A stretch of 32,000 bases of DNA, taken from NCBI GenBank assembly GCA_001874365.1, contig MPDF01000004.1:1-32000 (forward strand), in the 5' to 3' direction. Below the pieces are notes generated by a model. It was not told where the DNA came from, did no database searches, and was given only the letters and a program-made list of their open reading frames with translations. Positions within the stretch are counted from its first letter, which is position 1, and every line of letters begins with the position of its first letter. This document shows, in pieces, positions 17,475 through 25,970 of the stretch. The DNA comes from Gammaproteobacteria bacterium MedPE. GTDB lineage: Bacteria > Pseudomonadota > Gammaproteobacteria > Enterobacterales > Psychrobiaceae. Both the position numbers and the translations under genes were made by a program.

Positions 17475-18332
17475 ATGTTATTAAGCAAGATTTTTAAGCG
17501 CGTCTTAACGGTATTTACATTAGCACTCATCTCGTTGACGGCAATGGCACAAGGGGCAAAACCGGCATTTTGGAAAGTAGAGCATCAAGGAACAACAAGC
17601 TATATGCTTGGTTCAGTTCATATTGGTGCCAGCCATTGGTATCCGTTGTCACCAGACATTATGAAAGGTTTTAGCAACGCGAAACAGCTAGTTGTTGAAT
17701 TAGATGCCACAGACCCCACGACTGCAATGGCAATGCAGCAGCAAATGATGTTACCAAAGGGAAAAACGCTTAAGAGTGAACTGACGACAGCAACTTACCA
17801 AAAGTTATCAGAACATATGGCTAAGATGGGTATGCCTGTTGGGGTTGTTGAACCTTATAAGCCTTGGGCTGCGGCGACTGTAGTCAGTGTTTTACCTTTT
17901 TTAAAAGCACAACTTGCACCACAGTATGGTGTGGATGCGCAATTTATTGCACGTGCAAAACAAAATAATATGCCATTAATTGAGTTAGAGACAGCCCAAT
18001 TTCAGATAGATATGCTTGAGAAAACGTTTTCTGACGAGAAAATGTTGGTTGAAATAATTGATTTACCAGCACAAGAAGCATTGAAATTAATTACCTTGTG
18101 GGAGCAAGGAAAGATGGATGGTATTGAGCAGTTAATGGCTGAGCAAATGAGTGCTGAGCAGACAGAAGAAATGTTGATCAAACGCAATGAAAATTGGATC
18201 CCAAAACTTGGGAAACTGTTTGACGGTAAAGAATCAACCTTCGTCGTGGTTGGCGCAGCACACATGATTGGTGACTATGGTGTACCGACGTTGTTAACTA
18301 AAGCAGGTTATAAAGTAACGCGTATCCAGTAA
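17475..18332 (+). CDS. TraB/GumN family protein (secreted)
   Basis: Signal peptide, then the family hallmark FWKVEHQGTTSYMLGSVHIG and a C-terminal VVVGAAHMIG motif. Confidence 0.8.
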   Translation: MLLSKIFKRVLTVFTLALISLTAMAQGAKPAFWKVEHQGTTSYMLGSVHIGASHWYPLSPDIMKGFSNAKQLVVELDATDPTTAMAMQQQMMLPKGKTLKSELTTATYQKLSEHMAKMGMPVGVVEPYKPWAAATVVSVLPFLKAQLAPQYGVDAQFIARAKQNNMPLIELETAQFQIDMLEKTFSDEKMLVEIIDLPAQEALKLITLWEQGKMDGIEQLMAEQMSAEQTEEMLIKRNENWIPKLGKLFDGKESTFVVVGAAHMIGDYGVPTLLTKAGYKVTRIQ

Positions 18333-18351
18333 TAATTGAAACTTTGTTAGC

Positions 18352-18381
18352 AAAAACCACAGCCTTGGCTGTGGTTTTTTT
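18352..18381. terminator. Bidirectional rho-independent terminator
   Basis: AAAAA-CCACAGC-cttg-GCTGTGG-TTTTTTT, located between convergent genes (stops at 18332 and 18384). Confidence 0.7.
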
Positions 18382-18383
18382 GT

Positions 18384-18584
18384 TTACTTTTTATCTTTTT
18401 TCACATCAACAACTTCAGTAATAACTTTGTCGACGAGTTTTACACGGCCACTTTTTACTAATGCTTGGCGTAATACATATTCAATTTGTGCATTAGCACT
18501 GCGAAGTTCATCATCTGCCCAACGCTGCACGGCCGCCAAAATATCCTCGTTTATGCGAAGTGGATAGGCTTTGCGCTTGGTCAT
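18384..18584 (-). CDS. Arc/MetJ-type ribbon-helix-helix DNA-binding protein
   Basis: 66 aa. KAYPLRINEDILAAVQRWADDELRSANAQIEYVLRQAL matches the Arc-family RHH pattern. It lies 17 nt downstream of the SPFH gene on the same strand. Confidence 0.75.
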   Translation of the reverse strand: MTKRKAYPLRINEDILAAVQRWADDELRSANAQIEYVLRQALVKSGRVKLVDKVITEVVDVKKDKK

Positions 18585-18601
18585 GATTAAATTCCTAATT
18601 A

Positions 18602-19471
18602 TTAGTTATACAGCGAACCAGTATTAACAACAGGTTGAGTATTTTTATCTGAACATAAAACAACTAGCAAGTTACTAACCATGGCAGCCTTACGTTCTTC
18701 ATCAAGTGATACGATCTCTTTTTCGCTAAGGCGAGTTAATGCTAGCTCAACCATGCCAACGGCACCTTCAACGATACGTTCGCGGGCGGCGATTATCGCA
18801 GCTGCTTGTTGACGTTGCAACATAGCACTCGCTATTTCAGGTGCATAAGCAAGGTGACTAATTCGTGCTTCAATCACTTTTACACCCGCTTTGGCTAAAC
18901 GTGATTGAATTTCTTCTTTTAAGGCACCAGCCACTTGATTGGCGTGAGAACGCAGAGATACTTGCTCGTCACCATCGTGTTGATCATAAGGATAGTTAGT
19001 CGCTAGGTTTCTTAGAGCCGCTTCCGATTGAATGCTCACGAAGCTCTCATAGTCATCGACTTCGAATAATGCTTCAGCACTGTCGACCACTTCCCATACA
19101 ACGACGGAGGCGATTTGAATCGGATTACCGAGTTGGTCGTTAACTTTTAGCTTGTCACTTTCAAAGTTTCTAACGCGCAGTGAAACTTTGTCTTTAACGT
19201 AAAGTGGGTTAGACCAACGTAAACCTGTGTTCGTATCGGTGCCTTGGTATTTACCAAAAAGCAACTGCACGCGCGCTTGCTTAGGATGAACCATATAAAA
19301 GCCCACGCCAATAAAAATACTTATTGGCAATAATGCAATGAAGAACAGTTTTTGCTCACCAGCAATGTTGAGCATTGCTGTGAAGAATATAATGATATTG
19401 AGTAGTAATAGCCCGACGATAGGGTATCCACTCATACTCCAGCCTGCTTTTTCAGTCGTGTGTGTTGTCAT
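18602..19471 (-). CDS. SPFH (band 7 / stomatin-prohibitin) domain membrane protein
   Basis: Two N-terminal transmembrane segments, an SPFH core ([25 protein letters not shown]) and a C-terminal Ala/Gln-rich helix ([23 protein letters not shown]). I start at ATG 19471, which has GAGG 7 nt upstream, rather than the track's GTG at 19483. Confidence 0.85.
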   Translation of the reverse strand: MTTHTTEKAGWSMSGYPIVGLLLLNIIIFFTAMLNIAGEQKLFFIALLPISIFIGVGFYMVHPKQARVQLLFGKYQGTDTNTGLRWSNPLYVKDKVSLRVRNFESDKLKVNDQLGNPIQIASVVVWEVVDSAEALFEVDDYESFVSIQSEAALRNLATNYPYDQHDGDEQVSLRSHANQVAGALKEEIQSRLAKAGVKVIEARISHLAYAPEIASAMLQRQQAAAIIAARERIVEGAVGMVELALTRLSEKEIVSLDEERKAAMVSNLLVVLCSDKNTQPVVNTGSLYN

Positions 19472-19503
19472 AATGTACCTCACTTTAATTTGTTTGTGAT
19501 GTC

Positions 19504-19519
19504 AAAGTGATATCACTTT
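19504..19519. promoter_or_regulatory. 16-bp perfect palindrome AAAGTGATATCACTTT upstream of the SPFH-Arc operon (candidate Arc operator)
   Basis: Read directly. The half-site 8-mer TCACTTTA recurs at 19480-19487, overlapping the SD of the SPFH gene and exactly 33 bp from its copy at 19513-19520. Confidence 0.4.
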
Positions 19520-19635
19520 AGATCTAAACACAAATCTTTGCAATCTTTTTATACAATTTACAATCAACACCTGCGGTTTTTTGGATGCGATTGACGTAGA
19601 ATAATCAGCGCTTTTAACTCTTTGAGAAAATAATA

Positions 19636-21855
19636 ATGAAAAAAATAGTCTCTATTGCCGTAGTATTGACGGCCTTTGGCGCATTTGCAGATGAGGGACA
19701 GTGGCAGCCTCATCAAATTAAAAAACTGCAACATGAATTTGATCGTATTGGGATGGAATTATCAGCCGAGCAAGTTTCATCGCTCGATAAATACCCCCTT
19801 AATGCCGTTGTGGGACTTGGTGGTTGTTCTGCTTCTTTTGTGTCACCAAATGGTTTAGTCGTCACCAATCATCACTGTGCATACGGTGCTATTGCTAACA
19901 ATTCAACACCAGAAAATAATTTGATTAAAAAAGGTTTCTTGGCGAAAACAATGAGCGAGGAGTTGTCAGGTGGACCTCGTCAGCGTGTTTATATTACCGA
20001 AGAAGTGACTGATGTAACCGATAAGGTTGTTGCTGACTTAGGTGAACTTACAGGTAAAGCGCGTTTCGATGCAATTGCTAGTAAGCGTAAAGCCTTAGTA
20101 AAAGCATGTGAAACAAGCGATGACTATCGTTGTAGTGTGCGCTCATTCCACCATGGTATGGAATATTTTTTATTAAAGCAGTTAATGATCAAAGACGTAC
20201 GCTTGGTATACGCGCCGCCTGATTCATTAGGCAACTTTGGCGGTGATATCGATAATTTCGAATACCCGCGTCACGTTGCTGATTTCACCTTTATTCGCGC
20301 CTATGTTGATAAAGATGGCAAGAGCGCAAATTACAGCAAAGACAATGTGCCATTTAAGCCTAAGTCGTATTTAACTGTTAACGGTAATGGCGTTAAAAAA
20401 GGCGACGGGGTTATCTTAGCGGGTTATCCCGGCAGTACTAGCCGCTATAAATTAGCAAGCGAGATTGATTTTGCTGGCAGTTGGAGTTACCCAGCGCAAG
20501 TGGCAATGTACAATAAAACATTGGACACTATCGCGCTTGCAACTAAAGATAAACCTGCCCTTGACGTAAAATACTCATCGACGGTTAAAAGCATTAATAA
20601 TCGCATGAAAAAGCGCATGGGATTAATGGATGGTTTTAAAGCCACTGATATTCATGGTATTAAGCTTAAGCAAGAGCAAGACTTATTAAATTGGATTACC
20701 AAAGATAGTTCACGCGCTCAGTACTCGCTAACTCATGGTGAATTGTCTGCTTTGATTGAAAAAAATCAAGCAAGTGCTAAACGTGCTTTCTATGCGAGTT
20801 ATGCTGCTAGTTCAAGCTTACTCAGTACTGCATCGCGCTTGTATCGTTTAGCGGTTGAAAGCGAAAAGCCTGACAGTGAACGAGAGTCTGGTTATCAAGC
20901 GCGTGACATTAATCGCATTAAATCTGGTCTAAAACGTCTAAAGACACGTTTTGATGCTGGTGTTGACCAACAATTATGGCAAATGTATATCAGTGAATAC
21001 TTGAGCCAAGGTGACAGTGTTCGTGTTGCAGCATTTGATAAAGCACTTGGTTTAACAAGCGATATGACTGATGCACAAATTAATGATGTGTTAGCTAAAT
21101 TTTATGCCGGTTCACAATTGGCTGACTACGACATGCGCTTAAATTGGGTGGGTAAAAGTGTAAAAGACTTTGAACAATCTGACGATGCGTTCATTAAGCT
21201 TGCGGTTGCCTTATATGATTCTAATATGAAGCGTGAAGCACAGCGTAAAGAGATGGCTGGTCAGTTGGCACAAGTTCGCCCTGAGTACATGAAAGCAATC
21301 ATTGCCTTTAACCGTAGTCTAGGAAAACCTGTTTACCCAGATGCTAACGGGACTTTGCGTGTTACTTTTGGTACCGTTGATGGATACCCAGCAGCAGACG
21401 GCGTATATAAAACACCCTTTACGTCACTTGAAGGGCTTGCGGCTAAAGCTACTGGTGTATTCCCATTTGACGCGCCTGCGCCGTTAATTAAAGCGATTAA
21501 CGATCGTGATTACGGTGAGTATGAGCAAAAATACGTAGAAAAGCAGTTCCCATCAAAATGGCACTGTAAGCTATTTGGCTGCCATGAGAAGATCTTAAAC
21601 GAGTTTAACTCGGTGCCAGTTAACTTTTTATCAAGTGCTGATACTACCGGTGGTAACTCTGGTTCGCCGGTAATGAATGCACGTGGTGAATTAGTGGGGT
21701 TAAACTTTGATTCTACCTATGAATCAATTACTAAAGATTGGTATTTCAATCAACGTATTACGCGCGCAATTCACGTTGATGTGCGTTATATGCTGTGGTT
21801 AATGGAGCATTATGGTGCTGATAACCTGATTGAAGAAATGACAATCGTAAAATAG
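19636..21855 (+). CDS. S46-family dipeptidyl peptidase (DPP7/DPP11/DAP BII-like serine protease)
   Basis: Signal peptide, catalytic His region (SPNGLVVTNHHC), catalytic Ser region (GGNSGSPVMN) and the large helical insert typical of S46 peptidases. Confidence 0.9.
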   Translation: MKKIVSIAVVLTAFGAFADEGQWQPHQIKKLQHEFDRIGMELSAEQVSSLDKYPLNAVVGLGGCSASFVSPNGLVVTNHHCAYGAIANNSTPENNLIKKGFLAKTMSEELSGGPRQRVYITEEVTDVTDKVVADLGELTGKARFDAIASKRKALVKACETSDDYRCSVRSFHHGMEYFLLKQLMIKDVRLVYAPPDSLGNFGGDIDNFEYPRHVADFTFIRAYVDKDGKSANYSKDNVPFKPKSYLTVNGNGVKKGDGVILAGYPGSTSRYKLASEIDFAGSWSYPAQVAMYNKTLDTIALATKDKPALDVKYSSTVKSINNRMKKRMGLMDGFKATDIHGIKLKQEQDLLNWITKDSSRAQYSLTHGELSALIEKNQASAKRAFYASYAASSSLLSTASRLYRLAVESEKPDSERESGYQARDINRIKSGLKRLKTRFDAGVDQQLWQMYISEYLSQGDSVRVAAFDKALGLTSDMTDAQINDVLAKFYAGSQLADYDMRLNWVGKSVKDFEQSDDAFIKLAVALYDSNMKREAQRKEMAGQLAQVRPEYMKAIIAFNRSLGKPVYPDANGTLRVTFGTVDGYPAADGVYKTPFTSLEGLAAKATGVFPFDAPAPLIKAINDRDYGEYEQKYVEKQFPSKWHCKLFGCHEKILNEFNSVPVNFLSSADTTGGNSGSPVMNARGELVGLNFDSTYESITKDWYFNQRITRAIHVDVRYMLWLMEHYGADNLIEEMTIVK

Positions 21856-21885
21856 TACTTATCTGTTAGTAGTACATTGGAAACG

Positions 21886-21917
21886 AAAAGGCCGCTAACG
21901 TTGTTAGCGGCCTTTTT
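21886..21917. terminator. Bidirectional rho-independent terminator
   Basis: AAAA-GGCCGCTAA-cgttg-TTAGCGGCC-TTTTT, located between convergent genes (stops at 21855 and 21941). Confidence 0.75.
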
Positions 21918-21940
21918 ATTTATTCTCTAAACTGATTTAA

Positions 21941-23440
21941 CTATTTCATCGTTATAGTCGTATTTACTTCACCAGCATCTTCATCAGGTGCAAACCAACG
22001 TGTCGATACCGTTTTAGTTTGCGTCCAAAATGCGATGGCTTGTTTGCCATTTGGGCCTAAGTCACCGAGTTTAGACGCACGTGAACCAGTAAAGCTAAAA
22101 TAAGCAACAGGCACTGGAATTGGAATGTTAATGCCTAGTTGACCAGCATCGGCTTCATTTTCAAAGCGCTGCGCAAAGTAGCCTGAATTAGTAAAGATTG
22201 ATGCGCCGTTACCATTTGGATTCGCGTTAAGGATGTCGATGGCTTCTTCGAACGTATCAGCACTTAACACTAATAATACTGGACCGAAAATTTCTTGCGT
22301 GTAGATATCCATGTCAGCTTTGACGCCGCTAAACATCGTCGGACCAACAAAGTTACCTTGCTCATAACCTTTAACAACACAATCACGGCCGTCAACCATT
22401 AGATTAGCACCTTGCTCAACGCCGCTATTAATTAAACTGGTAATACGGTTTTTAGCAGCAGGCGTGATTACAGGACCTAAATCAGCGTTGCGATCTGTGC
22501 CAGGCCCAATTTTCATGTCATGGCTACGTTTTGCAATTTCGTCTAACCATTCTTGTGTTTTACCCACAAGAATGACCACTGAATTAGCCATACAACGTTG
22601 ACCAGCAGCGCCGTATGCAGCACCTAAAATGTTGTTAATTGCTTGTTCTTTGTCGCAATCAGGCATGATAATACAGTGATTTTTTGCACCCATCATACAC
22701 TGAGCACGTTTGTCATAATGACTTGCACGTTCATAAATGTGTTTACCAACATGACTAGAGCCGATGAAAGAGACCGCTTTAATTAGCGGATGAGAACATA
22801 AGCGATCAGCCACTTCTGGTCCGCCGTGGACGACATTCAGCACACCTGCTGGAATACCAGCTTCTAGTGCAAGTTCGGCTAAGAAAAGAGAGGATGATGG
22901 ATCTTGCTCTGACGGCTTAAGAACAAAAGTATTCCCGGTGGCTAACGCTAGTGGGAACATAAAACACGGTAGCATTACTGGGAAGTTGAATGCCGTAATA
23001 CCAGCGCCGACACCTAACGGTTTTTTCAACGTATGTACGTCGATGTTGCCTGCAACGTTGTTGGCCATTTCACCTAATGATAATGAAGTAATAGAACAAG
23101 CGTGTTCAACGACTTCTAATCCACGAGCCACTTCACCTTCAGCATCTGGGAGTGTTTTACCGTGCTCAAGAGTAATTAACTCAGCCAGTTTTGTGGTGTT
23201 TTCACGAATGAGGTGCTGAAGCTTAAGCATAATGCGCATGCGATTGCCTAGCGGTACCTTCTTCCATGATTGAAAAGCAGCGTGGGCATTTTCAATTGCT
23301 CCGTCTACTTCTTCTAAGGTTGCCATTGGAACCTGCGCAACGACTTCTTGGTTTGCTGGGTTAAGCACATCAAACCAACGATCAGTTGTCGATTGAACGT
23401 GCTCACCATTGATTAACATCGGAATACGGCGCATAGACAT
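21941..23440 (-). CDS. mmsA: CoA-acylating methylmalonate-semialdehyde dehydrogenase
   Basis: 499-aa aldehyde dehydrogenase with MmsA-type features (LINGEHV, FNFP.M.P, catalytic Cys in AGQRCMA, C-terminal FTGSR.S..GD). It is divergent from a LysR regulator, as is usual for mmsA. Confidence 0.88.
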   Translation of the reverse strand: MSMRRIPMLINGEHVQSTTDRWFDVLNPANQEVVAQVPMATLEEVDGAIENAHAAFQSWKKVPLGNRMRIMLKLQHLIRENTTKLAELITLEHGKTLPDAEGEVARGLEVVEHACSITSLSLGEMANNVAGNIDVHTLKKPLGVGAGITAFNFPVMLPCFMFPLALATGNTFVLKPSEQDPSSSLFLAELALEAGIPAGVLNVVHGGPEVADRLCSHPLIKAVSFIGSSHVGKHIYERASHYDKRAQCMMGAKNHCIIMPDCDKEQAINNILGAAYGAAGQRCMANSVVILVGKTQEWLDEIAKRSHDMKIGPGTDRNADLGPVITPAAKNRITSLINSGVEQGANLMVDGRDCVVKGYEQGNFVGPTMFSGVKADMDIYTQEIFGPVLLVLSADTFEEAIDILNANPNGNGASIFTNSGYFAQRFENEADAGQLGINIPIPVPVAYFSFTGSRASKLGDLGPNGKQAIAFWTQTKTVSTRWFAPDEDAGEVNTTITMK

Positions 23441-23535
23441 GGGGTTATCCTTTTTTATTTCTAGCTTTAAGTTAAGTATCGGATCAGCATAACTAGCTCT
23501 GATTTACTTGACAATAGATGTTGTTGCAAGGCAGT

Positions 23536-23551
23536 CTTGCAATTATGCAAG
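23536..23551. promoter_or_regulatory. Dyad CTTGCA-atta-TGCAAG in the mmsA / LysR divergent spacer (candidate LysR-type operator)
   Basis: Perfect 6-4-6 inverted repeat read directly. An additional TTGCAA copy lies at 23524-23529. Confidence 0.35.
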
Positions 23552-23572
23552 GCTTGGACAAGTGACGATAAA

Positions 23573-24460
23573 ATGAATTGGGAAGATTTAAAAATATTTT
23601 TGGAAGTAGCCAAAAGTGAAACACTTACCGGAGCCTCGAAACGATTAGGAGTAGACTCTTCTACGGTGTCTCGTCGACTTCATAAATTGGAATCTGTTTT
23701 GGGTACACAGCTATTTATTCGTGAAAACCAAGGACACAAATTAACTCAACATGGCAGTCAATTATTGCAAACGGCATTGGAAATGGAACAAAAAACACAA
23801 AGTGCCGTTGAATTATTGCAAGGCAAAAATTTACAACAATTTGGCGATATTAGATTAGGGACGACAGACGCTTTTGGTAATTACTTTATTGCCAGTAAAC
23901 TTACGGAGTTTATGGGAGCTCATACGCAAATAAACATTGAATTGTTGCCGTTGCAACGTTCAGTGAAGTTAGCTCATCATGAAGCGGATATTGCGATAAC
24001 AATTGATAAGCCTACCAGTGAATCCTTAGTCGTCGCCAAGCTATGTGATTACCGTTTGAAGCTCTACGCCAGTGAAAGTTATCTTGCCCGTCACGGCGAA
24101 ATTACGTCGCTAGCATCGCTTGCTGAGCACGACATGATCGGTTACGTCGACGATTTAATTTTTAGTCGTCAGTTATGCTATTTAGAGCAGTTTTTGCCGC
24201 AAATAAAGCCGCGTTTTAAAAGTTCTAGTGTCATCGCACAGGCTACAGCAGTTGAATCGGGGATGGGAATTGCGATTTTACCGTGTTTTCTTGCTCATGA
24301 AAGACACGGATTAGCAGAAGTGCTGCCAAATGCTTTGGATATTGTACGCCAGTTCTGGATTGCTGCGCCACGTGATAAAATGGAATTGTTGCGTGTTAAA
24401 ACACTGTGGCACTACCTTCAATCAAAGACAGATCAATCTATTTCACAACTCATGGATTAA
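23573..24460 (+). CDS. LysR-family transcriptional regulator
   Basis: N-terminal wHTH (MNWEDLKIFLEVAKSETLTGASKRLGVDSSTVSRRLHKLE) plus a LysR substrate-binding domain. I start at ATG 23573 rather than the track's TTG 23537, which lies inside the operator dyad. Confidence 0.85.
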   Translation: MNWEDLKIFLEVAKSETLTGASKRLGVDSSTVSRRLHKLESVLGTQLFIRENQGHKLTQHGSQLLQTALEMEQKTQSAVELLQGKNLQQFGDIRLGTTDAFGNYFIASKLTEFMGAHTQINIELLPLQRSVKLAHHEADIAITIDKPTSESLVVAKLCDYRLKLYASESYLARHGEITSLASLAEHDMIGYVDDLIFSRQLCYLEQFLPQIKPRFKSSSVIAQATAVESGMGIAILPCFLAHERHGLAEVLPNALDIVRQFWIAAPRDKMELLRVKTLWHYLQSKTDQSISQLMD

Positions 24461-24521
24461 ATTGCTTATCAAAGAGTAATTTAGGCTATGATAGGAAAAT
24501 GTATTGAGCTGAGAGCGTATT

Positions 24522-25541
24522 ATGAGTGATGATATTTTTGCGGAATCCACCAAACGGCTAAAAAAAGTGGTGCCATTGATGATGAAACATCATGTGGCAA
24601 CAACGCCGATGAATTATGCATTGTGGTATTCTTATGTTGGAAATGATGATGAACAACTGACGTCTGAACTTGATGAATTACTTAAAAACTATCCCATTTT
24701 CCCACCTATTCAAGCACAAACTCTGTATCGTCGATTTGTTGCGGATGAAATAGAATCTGGCACTTGGAAGATGCGTGAAAGTGTTGAAGCTATGCTGCTT
24801 GAGCTTGGGCAATCAATTAAAGATACGTCGTCAGATGCCAGTAAATTCCAGAATACTATTGATAAAACATTTTCGAATTTACATCGTGTTGAAGATGAAG
24901 GATGGTCTATTGAAGAGGTCATGGGTTTAATTAGAGAGCTTGATGGCGATTCAAAAGCGATTCGCAATGCCACTCAATTTTTTAGTAACAGTTTAGATAA
25001 AGCGAAAGAAGAAATTGAATCGTTGAAATCTCAGTTGCAAAAGAGCCAGCAGCTTGCGCTGTATGATTCTTTAACGGGGTTACTAAATCGTCATTCATTT
25101 GATTCAGAATTAACGTCTTTATTAAAAACAGACAATAAAGGCTTATGCTTGATATTAGCTGATATCGATCATTTTAAAAAATTCAATGATGAATATGGTC
25201 ATTTATTAGGAGATCAAGTACTTAAATCAGTAGGGCGCAGATTATTAGATGCGACACGTGATGGTGCTATGGCCTTTCGATTTGGCGGTGAAGAATTTGC
25301 GATATTAATTCCAAAGAGCGGCCTTAGACAAGCAAGACAATATGCTGAAACATTACGTAAATTAGTGGATAAACTTACTCTACGTGACAAACGAACAACT
25401 AAACTAATTGATCACATTAGTGCGTCTTTTGGTGTCTCTGAATTCACGCCTGGCGACAATTTAACGAGTTTTATTGCTCGAGCAGATGAGCTTTTATATA
25501 AAGCGAAAGCGCAAGGGCGAAATCGCGTGATGCCAATTTAG
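24522..25541 (+). CDS. Diguanylate cyclase (GGDEF domain) with a soluble N-terminal sensor and coiled-coil region
   Basis: The C-terminal GGDEF domain has an intact GGEEF active site (AFRFGGEEFAIL), DHFKKFND and a final GRNRV. I see no transmembrane segment. Confidence 0.9.
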   Translation: MSDDIFAESTKRLKKVVPLMMKHHVATTPMNYALWYSYVGNDDEQLTSELDELLKNYPIFPPIQAQTLYRRFVADEIESGTWKMRESVEAMLLELGQSIKDTSSDASKFQNTIDKTFSNLHRVEDEGWSIEEVMGLIRELDGDSKAIRNATQFFSNSLDKAKEEIESLKSQLQKSQQLALYDSLTGLLNRHSFDSELTSLLKTDNKGLCLILADIDHFKKFNDEYGHLLGDQVLKSVGRRLLDATRDGAMAFRFGGEEFAILIPKSGLRQARQYAETLRKLVDKLTLRDKRTTKLIDHISASFGVSEFTPGDNLTSFIARADELLYKAKAQGRNRVMPI

Positions 25542-25547
25542 CCACAA

Positions 25548-25572
25548 AACGGCGATTAATAATCGCCTTGTT
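25548..25572. terminator. Weak hairpin between convergent genes (possible terminator)
   Basis: GGCGATT-aat-AATCGCC (7-bp stem, 3-nt loop) followed by ttgtt. The stem is short and the T-tract is poor. Confidence 0.3.
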
Positions 25573-25593
25573 ATCATTCAATAATTAACAATA

Positions 25594-25788
25594 TTATGCT
25601 TTGATATTGATATGGTTACCCATTGTAGCTGTCGGGCTTGGTAAATTTGATTGAGCAGGGCTAGTACTTGCTGCAGCTTCAATTAATGCCAATGCCATCT
25701 TACCTTCTTGTTTCTGCTGATTTTTACTCATTGATGCGCTAAGTAATTCGGCGCCTTGGGTGTACTTCCCTGAAGATATTGAATCCAT
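25594..25788 (-). CDS. YjfB-like small putative motility protein
   Basis: 64 aa from ATG 25788 (MDSISS...), with AGAGG 6-10 nt upstream. The Gln/Ala/Ser-rich body and C-terminal ...MGNHINIKA resemble the YjfB family terminus. The track's TTG at 25818 coincides with the predicted transcription start of the sigma-28 promoter. Confidence 0.6.
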   Translation of the reverse strand: MDSISSGKYTQGAELLSASMSKNQQKQEGKMALALIEAAASTSPAQSNLPSPTATMGNHINIKA

Positions 25789-25822
25789 AACAGCCTCTAA
25801 GTTTTGTGTGAATAACAATGTA

Positions 25823-25849
25823 ATATCGGCATTAAAATCGATTACTTTA
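25823..25849 (-). promoter_or_regulatory. Sigma-28 (FliA) class promoter
   Basis: The minus strand reads TAAAGTAA-N11-GCCGATAT against the consensus TAAAGTTT-N11-GCCGATAA (6/8 and 7/8, exact spacing). It lies about 35 nt upstream of ATG 25788. Confidence 0.6.
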
Positions 25850-25970
25850 GAATTAATTTAGCTGATTATTTATACGCTTTAAATGGGGCAACTAATTTTA
25901 GTGTACGTTTGAAAAATCAAACTTTTCTTCTAACCTTAATAAGGCTACGCCAATTTGAAGGTTAATCCCG

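Noticed and set aside
16749-18265. Track ORFs 16749-16934(-), 16955-17191(+) and 18002-18265(-) within the CvfB-like and TraB/GumN genes
   Set aside because: They are embedded shadow ORFs without start signals.
19676-23219. Track ORFs 19676-19858(+) and 22938-23219(+) within the S46 peptidase and mmsA genes
   Set aside because: They are out of frame or antisense to strongly supported genes.
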